Part shown: positions 1 through 13,546 of the stretch, piece by piece
Position numbering within the stretch: position 1 is the first letter of the stretch
How the letters are laid out: every line of letters starts with the position of its first letter
Assembly (NCBI RefSeq): GCF_006345805.1
Contig: NC_043002.1
Coordinates: 56,978,001-57,042,000 of the forward strand
DNA: 64,000 bases
Direction: 5' to 3'
DNA from: Octopus sinensis
Lineage: Eukaryota
Program-made: the position numbers and the translations under genes
Notes under the pieces: generated by a model
Told to the model about the DNA's origin: nothing
Databases searched by the model: none
The model's input: the letters and a program-made list of their open reading frames with translations, nothing else

Positions 1-556
1 CTCATGGCTTCTGATCTTATCTGATTGGAAGTGTTATCATGTGCATTGTTTTGTCTTGGTATGAAAGATGGGCTACAGCAAATATTCTGCTCAATACCAC
101 GGATTTGCTTGTCAGTTGTTTGGCCTTAACCAGTTGAGTATGTCCCTTAGTGGCTGATGATATGTGCATCTCTGATCATGAGCAGAAGTAGTGGGAGAGC
201 ATCATAGCCATGTGTTGAGAGGGATTCTTTGGGGTTTGAATAATTCACCTCTGGAAACATGGGTGTTTAATTCAACATCCTTAAACAACCCTTATTCAGG
301 GACCTTTTGAGTGGGATGGGTTACTTGACCGGAAGAAAATTCTAACTGGGCCCCACCTGCAAGGTCATGTGCTGTTTATCTTGATATGAGATCACCATGT
401 TACGCACATATGGTTGTGATGCATGTGCCTAGTGTATCCTTATCAGATGGGTAGTCATGATGGGTATACTGGGCTTCGTATATTTAACCCTGTGTCACTT
501 TGATGGCATGCACTGCTCTCTCACTCAGTAATAATGATGATGATGATGATGATGAT
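1..556 (+). mobile_element. 3' end of an interspersed repeat with a (TAA)/(TGA)n tail, probably a LINE 3' UTR
   Basis: Non-coding, GC-balanced block ending cactgctctctcactcagtaataatgatgatg; family not identified. Confidence 0.4.
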
Positions 557-991
557 GATCCTTTCTACTCAAGGCACAAGGTGTGAAATTTCAGGGAATT
601 GGTTAAGTCGATTATATCGACCTCAGTGCTCAACTGGTATTTATTTTATCGACTCTGAAAGGATGAAAGACAAAAGTCAACCCTGGCAGAATTTGAACTC
701 AGAATGTAAAAATGAACGAAATACTGGTAAGAATTTTGCCCAGCATGCTAATGATTCTGCTAGGTTGCCTATAATAATAATAATCCTTTCTACTAAAGGC
801 ACAAGGCCTGAAATTTCGGGGGAGGGGCTAAGTCAATTACCCCCCTCCCCTTCCGAGTTCAATTGGTACTTAATTTATTGACCCCGAAAGGACCCCGAAG
901 TCGACCTTGGCAAAATTTCAACTCAGAATGTAAAGAGATGAAATACCTCTAAGCATTTTGCCCAGCGTACTAACAATTCTGCCAGCTCACC

Positions 992-1036
<45 letters not shown>

Positions 1037-2284
1037 TCTTTCTCTTGTAGGCACAAGACCTGAAATTTTTTAGGAAGCAGTCTAGTTGATTACATCAGCC
1101 ATAGTGCTCAACACATACTTATTTAGTGACCCCCAAAAGGACGAAAGGCAAAGTCAACATCAGTCGAATTTGAACTCAGAATGTAAAGTATGAAAAAATA
1201 TGAGGAAGTAAAATTTTAAGGTCTTTAGTTAAGGGAGGCAACTCTGCCTGAACACTCTTAAAATGCTTGGAATTTTACCAGGGAAGGAAACTATACCGAC
1301 AAGTTTATTAGTATTATTTAGTAGATAATCTTTTAATGTGAAGTATGTTTGTGTGTGTTTTGCTTAGCCCAGAGTTGCCTCTGATGAAGCAGACCCATCG
1401 CATAGTTTTGCTTTTTCTTCATGGAATACTGTAAATCTGTGTCTTTTTTTACGAAAGGATGTGTTTTAAGAGATTTGGCTGCTATTTGTAGTAGCTCAAG
1501 TTACCACAGCAACATCTGTGTGTGTGTGTGTGTGTTTGTAGTGAAAAACATGCTTTTTTTCCAGAATATTTTGCACAATAATTTTTAAAGAAATCTGGAC
1601 ATCTTTCTTACTGCTAACCAATCAACTTCAAATTACAATTGTAAATTGTTGCAAGTCAAGAAGACTGAGATATACATATAAGGTTATCGTATTGAGTGGA
1701 AGTTCAATACGAAGTTTTGAACTCATTATCTTGTGGTTAGTAATCCATTGCCTTAAATTTGAAGCCATTAAGTCTTTAAACATTACTTTACTGGGCTTAG
1801 TCTTTCGACTGTCGCCATGATGGGGTGTCACCTTTAAAAATTTAATTGATCATACTGACCTCTGTACGTATTTCAATCTGGCATTTATTTTATAGATCTC
1901 TGCTTGATGAACTGCTAACTTTGAGACTTAGTGGGACACAATACTCGATTTAACAACAAATATAAACATGCACACAGACACATATTAAGTGCAAGAATGA
2001 TTGTGTGGTTGAGAAGTTTGCTTCCTAACCACATGGTTCCACGTTCAGTCCCTCTGCATGGTACCTAAGGCAAGTTTTTTCTACTATAGCCCTAGGCCAA
2101 CCACAGACTTGTGACTGAATTTGGTAGTTGGAAACTGCCATGCTGTTCATCAGAAAATGACCGAAAATCATGTTCATAAATAAGAGTTGTTTGCTTCACA
2201 CTCCTCATGTGCCGATTCTGCCCATAAGAAAGTAATAAATAATACAATGTGGCTGTAGGTCATAACACCTGGGTACATTGCTAG

Positions 2285-2361
<77 letters not shown>

Positions 2362-4779
2362 CAACAGGCTTCTTTTAGTTTCTGTCTCCCAAATCCACTC
2401 ACTAGGCTTTGGTCAGCCAAGGCTATAGTATAAGACACTTGCCCAAGGTACCATGCAGTGAGAATGAATCTGGGAAGCAAGCTTCTCATTTCTTTATTGC
2501 CCACAAGGGGCTAAACATAGAGGGGACAAACAAGGGCAGACAAAGGGATTAAGTCAATTACATCGACCCCAGTGCATAACTGGTACTTAATTTATTGACC
2601 CTGAAAGGATGAAAGGCAAAGTTGACCTCGGCGGAATTTGAACTCAGAACGTAGCGGCAGATGAAATACCGCTAAGCATTTTGCCTGGCATGCTAACATT
2701 TCCACAAGCTTCTTACCACATAACCATGACTGCGCTGATTTTTTTTTCAAATTTTGAAATATGAGTTTTTAATTAGCAACATATTTTTTACAGAAAGGAG
2801 AAAAAAAACGAACATTAAAAGTATGAAAGATCAAATTATTAAGGAAAACCAACAGAAAAAGAAAAAATAACGAAGAATTTCATAAAATAACTGTCATTAT
2901 TCAACTGGTGCTTGGAACATAGTTAACCCTTTAGCATTTAAATTGGCCTAATTATTCTACTTGTGTTAAGTATAAACCAGTCAGATTTAGCTTCTTACAC
3001 CAACCCAACAATGTCATTCTAAACATAAACAGTCATATTGTTGAAATCTCAAAATTATGAAAGAATGGATGACTAATTCAAAATAATATGAATAAATATT
3101 ACATTTGAGAGAGTAATCTGAATGCTAAAAGGTTAAACATAAATGTTTTATGAAAGTTTTTACTTTAGATCACTTTAAAACAGAGAATTTGTATCATAGA
3201 ACCAGGGGCAGTCTCAGACAGGTTGATATCAAAAAGGGTTAATCACATTTCTATTGAAACTCACTGCCTTTGGTTCAATTCATCATTGTTTATCTTCCAT
3301 TTTCCATGCTGGCATGGGTTGGATGGTTTGACAGGAGCTGGTAAGGCTGGGATATGCCCCAGGCTCTGTTGTCTGTTTTAGAAAGATTTCTACAACTGGA
3401 TGCCCTTCCTATTGCCAACCGCTTTACAGAGTGTACTGGATGCTTTTAATATGACACCAGCATGAGTACCTTTTATGTGGTACCATCCCTAGTGCTTTTT
3501 TATGTGGTACCATCACCAGTACTCTTGATGTGGCACCAGCACTGACAGGGTTACCAAGTTCTTTGCAAGACAAAAAGCTCTCAATTTTGAAAATAAAGAA
3601 GAATCTAATGAAACTTTCATTAAGCTGATATTTGGGACATAAATTAGCATAAAATTTTGATGGAAAGTTTTGATTTAAATAAAACGAGAAATTTGTATCA
3701 TAGAACCAAAGACAGACTTTGGTGGTTTGGCGATCAAAAAGGTGAAGCAGTCCATCACCTAAGGAACATTCTGAAAACAGTTGGCAAGTAAATATTTGAT
3801 TGATGGTGTCATGAGAAATTAGAGCATTTATAATTACACAAACTATATGATTAAATGATGAGGAATTAGGCTTGATTGTTGTAGCTTAAGGAGAAATTGG
3901 GGCAGGAATAACAAAGTAATGATTGTGAAAAATATTGTTATTGTTGGGTAAATAAATATTGTGATTGGTCATTAAATTGATTGTGAAATGGTAGCATGAT
4001 TGTATTATTGCAGGTTATCACAGCAAACATCATGAACTAGTCATTGCTCAGCTTCTTTAACCCTTTCGTTACCAACCTGGCTGAAACCAGCTCTGGCTCT
4101 GAGTACAACGATCTTATTTTCATAAATTTTGAATTAAAATCTCCCACTAAACCTTAGTCACAATTTATGCTCCTAACACTAGCTGAATGATAACTAAGTT
4201 ATTTTACTAAATTCTTTGTTATATTTAAAGTAATTGAAAGAAACACAGCATCTCAAAATAAATACAGTAAGGCAAGGGTTAAACCCTTTTTTGTTACCAT
4301 ACTCTGAAATACTCTGCCTTGTTTCAATTAATTTTGGAAATGGCTTTTTAAGGTGGTAAGTTGGCAGAATTGTTACTGCACTGGATAAAATGTCACCAGA
4401 CATTTCATCTGCCTTTACGTTCTGAGTTCACCCTTGCCTTTCATTCTTTCGGGGTCAATAAAATAAGTACCAGTCAAGCACTAGGGTTGATGTAATTGAC
4501 TTACAGTGTTTTCTGAAATTGGCTTTAAGGGTCCACCTGAGTAAAATAGGAACCAAAGGGGTTCCATAGGTAAAAATAGATGAAAACCACTGCTAGCTGC
4601 TGACCCCTCCCCTCACCCCCAACCTTCAATTTCACAACTGCTTGGTTGGATGGAATTTATTGAGGTAGATTTTCTACAGCCAGATGCCCTTCCTATTGCC
4701 AAACCTCACCTATTTCCACCCTTATCTGGTGGCCAATATGGAAATATATATACAGGCCCATACAGAGATGTTGTTGGTA

Positions 4780-4960
4780 AGGTTAGGGTTGGCAATGAGT
4801 ATAGTGAAAAATTCTGGTTAGAAGTAGGGGTCCTCTTATTCATCATAGTCCTCCAGGCAATAACAGAATTCAAGACAGGTTGCCCTTGGGAGCTCCTCTA
4901 TGCTGATGACCTGGCTCTCATAGCAGAATCATTACCAAATATATTAATGGAAGATTAGGG
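4780..4960 (+). mobile_element. Short RTE RT fragment (same family as 5510-8064)
   Basis: FKTGCPWELLYADDLALIAES. Confidence 0.75.
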
Positions 4961-5283
4961 ACCAGGGGCATTGATTGTAGGACACTTGTTAATAGGTATC
5001 ACCTAATTACAAGACAAGGAAACACTAATGCACACACACATATGAAATATAATTAAGAATCAGTTGAATTGGGTACTTAAATTGAGGCATCTTGCTATTC
5101 GGTATAATTTGCACAACTTGACAATATTATTTGAATATTGAATACCAAGACTCCGTGCAAGGTGTTAGCACCTGATATTCCTGTTGTGTGTATCTAGGCA
5201 TTGCAACCCAGCTAAGTGAAGATATCCACTCTCGGTAATTCAAACAAAAAGTGCAGATTCTAAGTTGGGTAAACAGAATATGA

Positions 5284-5497
5284 ATAAATAACAAAGATGC
5301 ACAGGTGTCAATTCATTACAGCTCCATTTAATTGATTAACGAAAACTTTACACCAATTTGAAAGAAACCGTTTTTCTCAGATGAATGCAATTATCTGACG
5401 AGAACGGTTTCTTTCAAATTTTCATTAATCAATTAAATGGAGTCGCTTGAAACGGATGTAATGAATTGACACCTGTTCATCTTTTGTTACTTATTTA
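5284..5497. repeat. Fold-back element with a degenerate long-stem-II HHR candidate in the right arm (5388-5468, +)
   Basis: Inverted arms meet at 5387/5388. The right arm reads caattat CTGACGA ...47 nt... GAAA C-ggat-G TA atgaattg. Confidence 0.6.
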
Positions 5498-5509
5498 TAT
5501 AGTTTATAG

Positions 5510-8064
5510 GCATGGTAGACAAAGCTATTAGAGCAAAGAAACAGACCTGGAAGAGTTGGGGTAGCAGGGAACTGTACCAGATAGCCAGAAGGGAGGCTGG
5601 GTGACAAGTATACATAGCCAAGGGAGAAGCAGAAAAGAAGTTTGCCAATGTTCAGCGATGTGAGGACCAAAGAACTGAAGTATTTTGGATTGCAAGACAG
5701 TGTGTGAGAGAAAATTGTGATGTCACAGGAGAGAAATATCTCTGCATGGATGATGGTGCACTTTTAATGATTCTGAAAAGAAATAGACTTGGAGAAGCCG
5801 TTATGCAAGGCTGCTGAACATGGAGATTGAATGGGAGGAGAGCCTGCCAACTGTTGATCCAGTAGAGGGACCTGCTATCTGAATAGACAGCACCCTGGTA
5901 GATAAAGCAATTAAGGGTATGAAGTCAAGAAAACCCCCCGGCCTATCAGGCATCACTGCTGAGATGCTTAAAACATCAGGTGGTGTGGGCTATGGCCTAG
6001 TCACCCGCATTGTAAACCAGGTAGTTCATGATGGAGTCATACCTAATGACTGGTGTAGCAGCACCATAGTCACCTCTACAAAGGTAAAGATGATACTCTA
6101 GATAGAAATAACTACAGGAGTATCAAACTGCTAGATCAGGTGATGAAGGTCATAGCCCACCTAATTAGGGAGAGATTCTGTTTAGATGAGATGCAGTTTG
6201 GCTTTGAGCCAGGTAGAAGCACCACTGATGCTATATTTCTGGTATGGCAACTGCAGGAGAAATACCTAGCCAAAGATAAGCCCCTATACTTGGCTTTTGT
6301 GGACTAGGAGAAAGCTTTTGACAGGGTCCCCCAATCCCTTATCTTGTGGGTGATGTGGAAACTAGGGATTGGCAAATGTTTAATAAGGGCTGTACAGAGA
6401 TGCCATTAGTAAGGTTAGGGTTGGCAATGAGTTTAGTGAAAAATTCCAGGTAGAAGCAGAGGTCCACCAAGGGTCAACCCTCAGCCCCCTCTTATTCATC
6501 ATAGTCTTCCAGGCAATAACAGAGAAATTCAAGACAGGTTGCCCCTGGGAGCTCCTCTATGCTGATGATCTGGCTATCATAGCAGAATCACTACCAGAAC
6601 TAGAGAAGAAGTTTCAGGTATGTAAGCAAGATTTAGAATTGAAGGGCCTTAGAGTCAATGTTGCAAAAAACCCTTCAGGTAGATGGCCCTGCTCAATCTG
6701 TAGAAAAGGTGTAGGTAGAAACTCCATAAGATGTTCCCAGTGTAAGCTATGGACACATAAGAGGTGCAGCAGCATCAAAGGAAGGTTAACTGGGAAGATA
6801 GCTTTCGTGTGTGGCAGATGCACAGGGGTAATAAACACCACAGATGCTCAGAAAGCAGATTCCATCACATGCCAGGTGGAGAAACTAGAAGTAGTTGATA
6901 GCTTCCGTTACCTAGATGACCAAGTCTGTAGTGGGATGGATGCTCAGAGAGCATTATCACTAGAATAAGAATAGCCTGGGCAAAGTTCAGAAATCTCCTA
7001 CCTCTACTGGTGACAAAGGGCCTCCCACTCAGAGTGAAAGGTAGATTGTATGATGCATGTGTGCGAAATGCCATGCTTCACGGCAGTGAAACATGGGCCG
7101 TGACCGCTGAAGACATGCGTAGTCTCGAAACAAATGAAGCTAGCATGATTCACTGGATGTGTAACATCAGTGTGCACACACGACAGAGTGTAAGCGCCCT
7201 GAGAGAAATGTTGGACATAAGAAGCATCAGGTGTGGCATGCAAGAGAGACGACTGCGCTGGTATGGTCATGTACTGTGGATGGACGAGGAGAGCTGTGTG
7301 AAGTGCCACTCCCAAACAGTGGAAGGAGCCTGTGGTAGAGGGAGACCCAAGAAGACATGGGATGAGGTGGTGAAGCATGATTTTCGAACGTTGGGCCTCA
7401 CAGAGGCAATGACGAAAGACCGAGACCTCTGGAGATATGCTGTGACTGAGAAGACTTGGCAAGTAAAGCGAGATCACAGCCGTAGCCTACACCAGTGTTA
7501 CATAACCGGTCCACTTAAAAAAGTACCTTTGGCTTGTTGTGCCTGAGAAGACTTATTGAGTTAAGTACATCAAAACACAATCAAATGGAAATTACAGTTG
7601 TGGCTGATGCCGGATTGGCTCCCTGTGCAGGTGGCACGTAAAAAGCACCATCTGAATGTGGATGATGCCAGTGCCACCTGACTGGCTCTCATACCGGTGG
7701 TATGCAATAGCACCATTCATGCGTGGGTCATTGCCAGTGCTGCCTGACTGGCTCCCCATACCGGTGGCATGTAAAACGCACCATCTGAACATGGCTGATG
7801 CCAGCGCTGTCTGATTGGCTCCTGACCCAGTGGCATATAAAAAGCGCCATCCAAACATGGTTAATGCTAGCCCCCTCTGGCTCCTGTGCTGGTGGCATGT
7901 AAAACGCACCCACTACACTCTCGGAGTGGTTGGCGTTAGGAAGGGCATCCAGCTGTAGAAACATTGCCAGATCAGATTGGAGTCTGGTGCCTCCTGGCTT
8001 GTCAGACCCCAGTCAAACCATTCAACGCATGCCAGTATGGAAAATGGACATTAAATGATGATGA
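5510..8064 (+). mobile_element. RTE-clade LINE, 5'-truncated and degenerate, with ~60-bp tandem repeats in the 3' UTR (7600-7905) and a (TGA)n tail
   Basis: Fragments KPPGLSGITAEML, DLEKAFDRVP, LLYADDL, C2C2-like WPCSICRKGVGRNSIRC, LHGSETW, RRLRWYGHV, GRGRPKKTW. Confidence 0.9.
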
Positions 8065-8254
8065 CGAGGAGGAGTGGCTGTGTGTTAAGTAGCTTGCTTA
8101 CCAACCACATAGTTCTGGGTCAGTCCCACTGCATGGCACCTTGGGTAAGTGTCCTCTACTATAGCCACAGGCCGACCAAAGCCTTGTGAGTGGATTTAGT
8201 AGATGGAAACTGAAAGAAGCCTGTCGTATATATATAAATATGTGTATGTTAGTT

Positions 8255-8622
8255 AGTTAGTTAGTTAATTTTTTGGCTCAAAAAGCAAAGCCATGTAAGG
8301 GGACATGGAGTTATGTACAAGGTGGTGTTCATGTAAAGAGTTCAGGCCACTTGTGGTCAAGGGAGACTTTGAACTGAGCGGTCGTTGGCATCTTCACCAT
8401 CTTGTCCGGCAGCTTATTCCACGGATCCGCAACCCGGACGGAGAAAGCCCCTCTCCTTCAATTGAGATGAAATCGTCGTAGATAGAGCTTTTTGGAATGA
8501 CCCCGCAGCCGACGCTCTGGAGCAGGAGTGAAGAACAGCTCCTTCGAGAGGTTACACTTTCCGCTTATGATGTTGTGAGCAAGAATGAGATCACCACGGC
8601 GTCGTTGTTTTTCTAGAGAATG
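8255..8622 (-). mobile_element. CR1/L2-like LINE 3' fragment with (TAAC)n tail, inserted into a SINE
   Basis: LEKQRRRGDLILAHNIISG..RLRGHSKKL. The flanks are the two halves of one SINE (8069-8250 and 8623-8792). Confidence 0.75.
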
Positions 8623-9049
8623 TGTGTGCATTTGTCCCACCCACCATTGCTTGACAACTGATGCTAGTGTGTTTACATCTCTGTAACTTAGAATAAGTCC
8701 TAGGCTTACAAAGAATAAGTCCTGGGTTGATGTGTTCGACTAAAGTGGTGCTCCAGCATGACCACAGTCAAATGATTGAAACAAGTAAAAGAATACATGA
8801 TGGGCTTCTTTCAGTTTCTGCTTAGGTCAACCTGAGGCTATAGTAGAAGATACTTGCTCAAGGTTCCATGCAGTGGGACTGAACCCAAAATGATGTGGCC
8901 CGAAAGCAAGCTTCTAAGCCATGTCTGTGCCTATAAATAACGAACAATAACAATAGAGATGACAGCTGTTTGTTTACAATCCTTTTTTTAGGATTTAATT
9001 CCAAATTTTAAAATTTAACAAACAACACAACAAAGAGAATTCATTTTCT

Positions 9050-9055
9050 TTTATT
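9050..9055 (-). terminator. Candidate polyadenylation signal AATAAA of POLR1C
   Basis: tttatt on the plus strand about 10 nt downstream of the stop codon; motif match only. Confidence 0.4.
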
Positions 9056-9064
9056 TGTCAAGAA

Positions 9065-9444
9065 TTAAGTCTTCATTTTCCCAAGGAATGTTTGGCACTT
9101 TTTCATGAGAATATTTATTGATTCTGTGAAAAGGATATTGGCAGGTAGAGCACCAGTCGACTCTACAGAGAAAATAAAATGGTCTCGTACTTTGCTGAGG
9201 CGGACGGAATTCTTGAGATCATCATGGCGCAGCACTTCACGGCTGCAAGTGTCTTTCCTAGCATGAGCAACTCTGGCCCTTTCTACACCATCTACAATAT
9301 CAATTTCTATGACACCTGGCGAGAAACATGTCTGCAAGCGGCGAGCCTGTTCTCCATACACAGAGTTCAACAGGGTTATTTCAGGCAGCAAACGATAAGA
9401 TGCAGTGGCCACTGGTGAAAATTTTATGTGGTCTTTTCCGATAC
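9065..9444 (-). CDS. POLR1C: POLR1C/RPC40 coding exon 2 (terminal)
   Basis: Poly-T tract plus TAAG acceptor (AG at 9446-9445). The frame joins exon 1 as [24 protein letters not shown]...[14 protein letters not shown]...GKMKT*. Stop TAA at 9067-9065. Spliced CDS is 637+380=1017 nt = 338 aa, typical AC40 length. Confidence 0.95.
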
Positions 9445-11679
9445 CTTAAAAAAAAAAAAAAAAGGAGAGAAGATGAAATATTGAAGATGTAGATATGGAA
9501 TTTAAGGTAGGGGCTATGACAACTAACAATTGGAAATGTCAGAAAATTCCAGCAGGACTTTTTTTGGTTAAAAATTGCCAGATTTTGTCAATCTGTATTT
9601 TATGTCAGTTGTTGGTATGGTTGTGAAGTTAATAAGTTTGCTTCCAAACCATGCAGCTTGGGGTTCGGTCCCACTGTGCAGCACCTTGATCAAGTGTCTT
9701 CTAACCATATGTCTGGACTGACAAAAATCGTGCAAATGGATTTAGTAGAAAGAAAATGAAAATGTGTGTGTGCGTGTGTATACATATCGCCAAAGGTCTC
9801 AGTTGCTTGTGTATGTGCGTGTGTATACACACATACACATGCATCGTTTTGAAGAAGAGAATGTCTCTTCTTGGATTTGATGCCACTTTCATCATCATCA
9901 TCATTTAATGTCCGCTTTCCATGCCGGCATGGGTTGGATGGTTTAACTGGAGACTGGCAAGCCAGGAGGTGGCACCAGGCTCTAATCTGATCTGGCAGTG
10001 TTTCTACAGCTGGATGTCCTTCCTAATGCTAACCACTCTGAGAGTGTAGTGGGTGCTTTTTACATGTCACCGGCACAGGAGCCAGTCAGGCAGTACTGGC
10101 ATCGGCCATGTTTGGGGCAGGGGATGACCAGAAATGAAACCAAACATTGCCATTGGATTTTAAAATACTGCCTTTTTAACAATTTTGGAGTTGTGCTTGT
10201 CCAGCAAGAGACTTTGTGTGCAGAAACTAAAATAATTAGATCTAAGAACACCTATTTTAGTCAGGTAAAAAATCAAGGACTTAAATTCATTTTCCATCTA
10301 TTTCCAGGTGTCAAGATTTTAATGACAGAAGGCTAATGTATTCAGTGTACCTAGCATGATTATAGATTATAGCTGTATTAAGGCAGTGAGCTGGCAGAAA
10401 TGTTAGCATGCCGGGTGAAATGCTTAGCAGTATTTCATCTGTCTTTATGTTCTCAGTTCAAATTCTGCTGAGGTCGACAAATTAAGCGCCAGCTGCATAC
10501 TGGGTGTCGATCTAATCGACTGGCCTCCACCCCAAAAATTTCGGGCCTTGTGCCTAGAGTAGTAAAAAAAAAAAAAAAATTATAGCTGTATTGAAGAGGG
10601 TTAACAAATCTTGACTAAATCAAAGACAAGGGCGACAACTCAAACTAGTCTCAAAATGTGTTGAGACATCTGAGTGACTGACTTAAAACCAACCATTTTT
10701 CATCTATGGACCCCTTTGGTTCTTATTTTACTTTACTCGACCCTCACAGCCATTTGATGAAATGAAACAAAATCTTTTTCCTATCACGCCTGTATTAATT
10801 TGGTAACTCTTCTGTGGATTAGAAATATTTTGATTTCAGTTTTTGGTGAAATAGGTGCCTATGTGGTACCCTAATATATATAAATATATTTTTATTTCTA
10901 ATATAGGATAAAATTTTTTTCAGAAAAAATTTCATCAAGTGGCCAGCATATTAAAATACCTTTTAAGGTGAATATCATAAACAATTATAAATAAGGGCAA
11001 AAGAAAAAATTTCTCTGCCACTATGCTGTGAAATAGACTTTAAATCATCAATCACCACATACAATATACATCACTATAAATACACATTGTTTTAAATCGA
11101 GGACTATTTATAGTGATGTATATTGTATGTAGTGATTGACGATTTAAAGCCTATTTTGCAGCATATTGGCAGAGAATTTTTTTCTTTTGCCCTTATTTAT
11201 AATCGTACATACATATATCTTATAAATAATTGTTAATTTTGCCGATATGGCTTTTACGCTCGCGAGCACGGAAGTGTTTAAGCTATATGAGAGGGTACTG
11301 CAAGGAAGGACACAATTGGCAGATGAGATTTTAGCATGCAGGCAGGCGGCCACCATGACTATTTTCAGTCATTAATAGTCATTGCTGGTACCACATAAAA
11401 AAGCACTCATGCTAGTGAGAACCCATGAATCCATCTATAAACATTTCCAAGAATATGCCATCCTTAATTCTTGTGTTGCAATGAATCATCATCACCATCA
11501 TCAACAACATTTAACGTCCATTTTCCATGCTGGCATAGGTTGGAAGGTTTGACAGGAGCTGGAAAGCCAGAGGGATGCACTAGGCTTCATTTGTCTGCTT
11601 TGGCATGGCTTCTACAGCTGGATGCCCTTTTCTACCTGACACCAGCACCCACAAGTACGCAAGACAAGAATCTCTCAGC

Positions 11680-12000
11680 TGAGAGATCAGAGTCTAATAC
11701 AGTGACTAACGTAGTCTTCTTACCTGATAACATTTTCCTAATATCTGTAATAATTGTGTCGTTGAGCTGCTGAAGGAGGCAAGATTGACACGGTTCCATT
11801 GGAGGATGTTCTCAAGGTCTCTGTACAATGAGTTAGGCACCTCATTCCAAATCCATACAAGTGGATGATACTTAGGTGGTGAAGGTTTGGGAGGAATGAC
11901 AGGTGTTGACGAATAGGAAGGAGGTTGTGGAGGACAAAACTTAATCTCAGAGCACACAAGACTTGATAGAGTTTATGTCTGAGAGAGTACCATTAGTATA
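11680..12000 (-). mobile_element. Degenerate LINE RT fragment (CR1/Jockey-like)
   Basis: DLENILQWNRVNLASFSSSTTQLL resembles the DL..I..W...N.V.FN.SKTQ post-YADD motif. Confidence 0.4.
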
Positions 12001-12194
12001 TGGTAGTGCAACCTGATAGAGAGTCACTGATTCAGGCAGCAGACGGAGACCCTAGGTGAGTAGTTTTGACAAATTCTCAAGCCGGACATGGCTACAAGTT
12101 TAACTGATGTTGAAGGCAACAACATTACTTTCATAAAAAATCTTGAGAGTGAGAGCACCCTGATATATTTGCTGTCACTAGTCTTTCCATCTTT

Positions 12195-13546
12195 GTCTGG
12201 AATCGAAGGGCCTTAGAGTTAACCTAGCAAAAACCGAAGTCTTAGGAAGTAGGAAGGCAGACAAATCACAAATCCCTTTAGATAGATGGTCCTGCTCCAT
12301 CTGTAGAAAAGGTGTAGGTAGAAAACTCCATAAGATGTACCTGGCATAAGATATGGACACATCTGAGGTGCAGCAATACCAGAGGAGGTTAACAGAGAAA
12401 ACAGTGTTTGTGTGTGAAAGGTGCAGAGGTACAATTAACACTAAAAATGTACAGAAAATAGATTCCATCATGTGCCAGGGGAAAAAACTAGAAGTAGTTG
12501 ATAGCTTCTGTTACCTAGGTGACTAGGTTAGTAGTTGGGGTGGATGCTCCAAGAGCATAGCTGCTAGAATACGAATAGGCTGGGCAAAGTTCAGAGTGCT
12601 TCTACCACTGCTGGTAACAAAGGGCCTCTCACTCAGAGTGAAAAGCAGACTGTATGATACTGTGAATGAATAGCCATGCTACATGACAGTGAAACATGGG
12701 CTGTGACTGCCAAGGACATGCATAGGCTTGTAAGATATGAAGCTAGGATGCTTCGCTGGATGTGTAATGTCAGTGTGCATGCATAACAAAGTGTAAGTGT
12801 CCTGAGAGAAAAGTTGGGTACAAGAGGCATCAGATGTGGTGTGCAAGAGAGACGATTTTGCTGGTATGATCATGTGATGTGCATGGATGGGGACAGCTGT
12901 GTGACGAAGTGTCACTCTAATGATGGCGGGAACCTGTGGAAGAGGTAGACCCTTGAAGACATGGGACCAAGTGATCTCTGAATGTTGGGTCTCACAGAGG
13001 CAATGACAAGCAACTGAGACCTTTGGCGATATGCTGTGCTTGAGAAGACCCATCAAGTCAAGTGAAATTGTAGTCATGGCTGATGCTAGTGTTGCATAAC
13101 TGGCCTGTTAAAAGCACCATTCAAACGTTGGGTGATATGTGGTGCTTGAGAAGATCTGTTGAGCTTAGTGAAATTGTAGTCGTGGTTGACGCCGGTGCTG
13201 TCTGACCGGCACCCATGCTGGTGCACATTAAGCACAATTTGAGTGTTGGGCCTCATGGAGACAGTGACAGGTGACCAAGACCTTTGGCGATAAACCGTGC
13301 TTGTGTAGATCTTTCAAGCCAAGTGAGGCCATAGTTGTGGCTAATGCTGGTGTCAGGTCAATGGCACCCATGCCAGTAGCACGTAAAAAACACCCACTAC
13401 ACTCTTGGAGTGGTTGGTGTTAGGAAGAGCACCCAGCTGTAGAAACTTTACCAATTCAGATTGGAACCTGGTGCAGTTCTCCCACTTACCAGTTTTCAGT
13501 CAAACTGTCCAACCCATGCCAGCATGGAAAGCAGATGTTAAATGAT
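12195..13546 (+). mobile_element. 3' part of the same RTE family, antisense inside the POLR1C intron
   Basis: Colinear with 6630-8064, including the zinc-finger region, HDSETW-like motif, 3' UTR repeats and tail. Confidence 0.85.
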
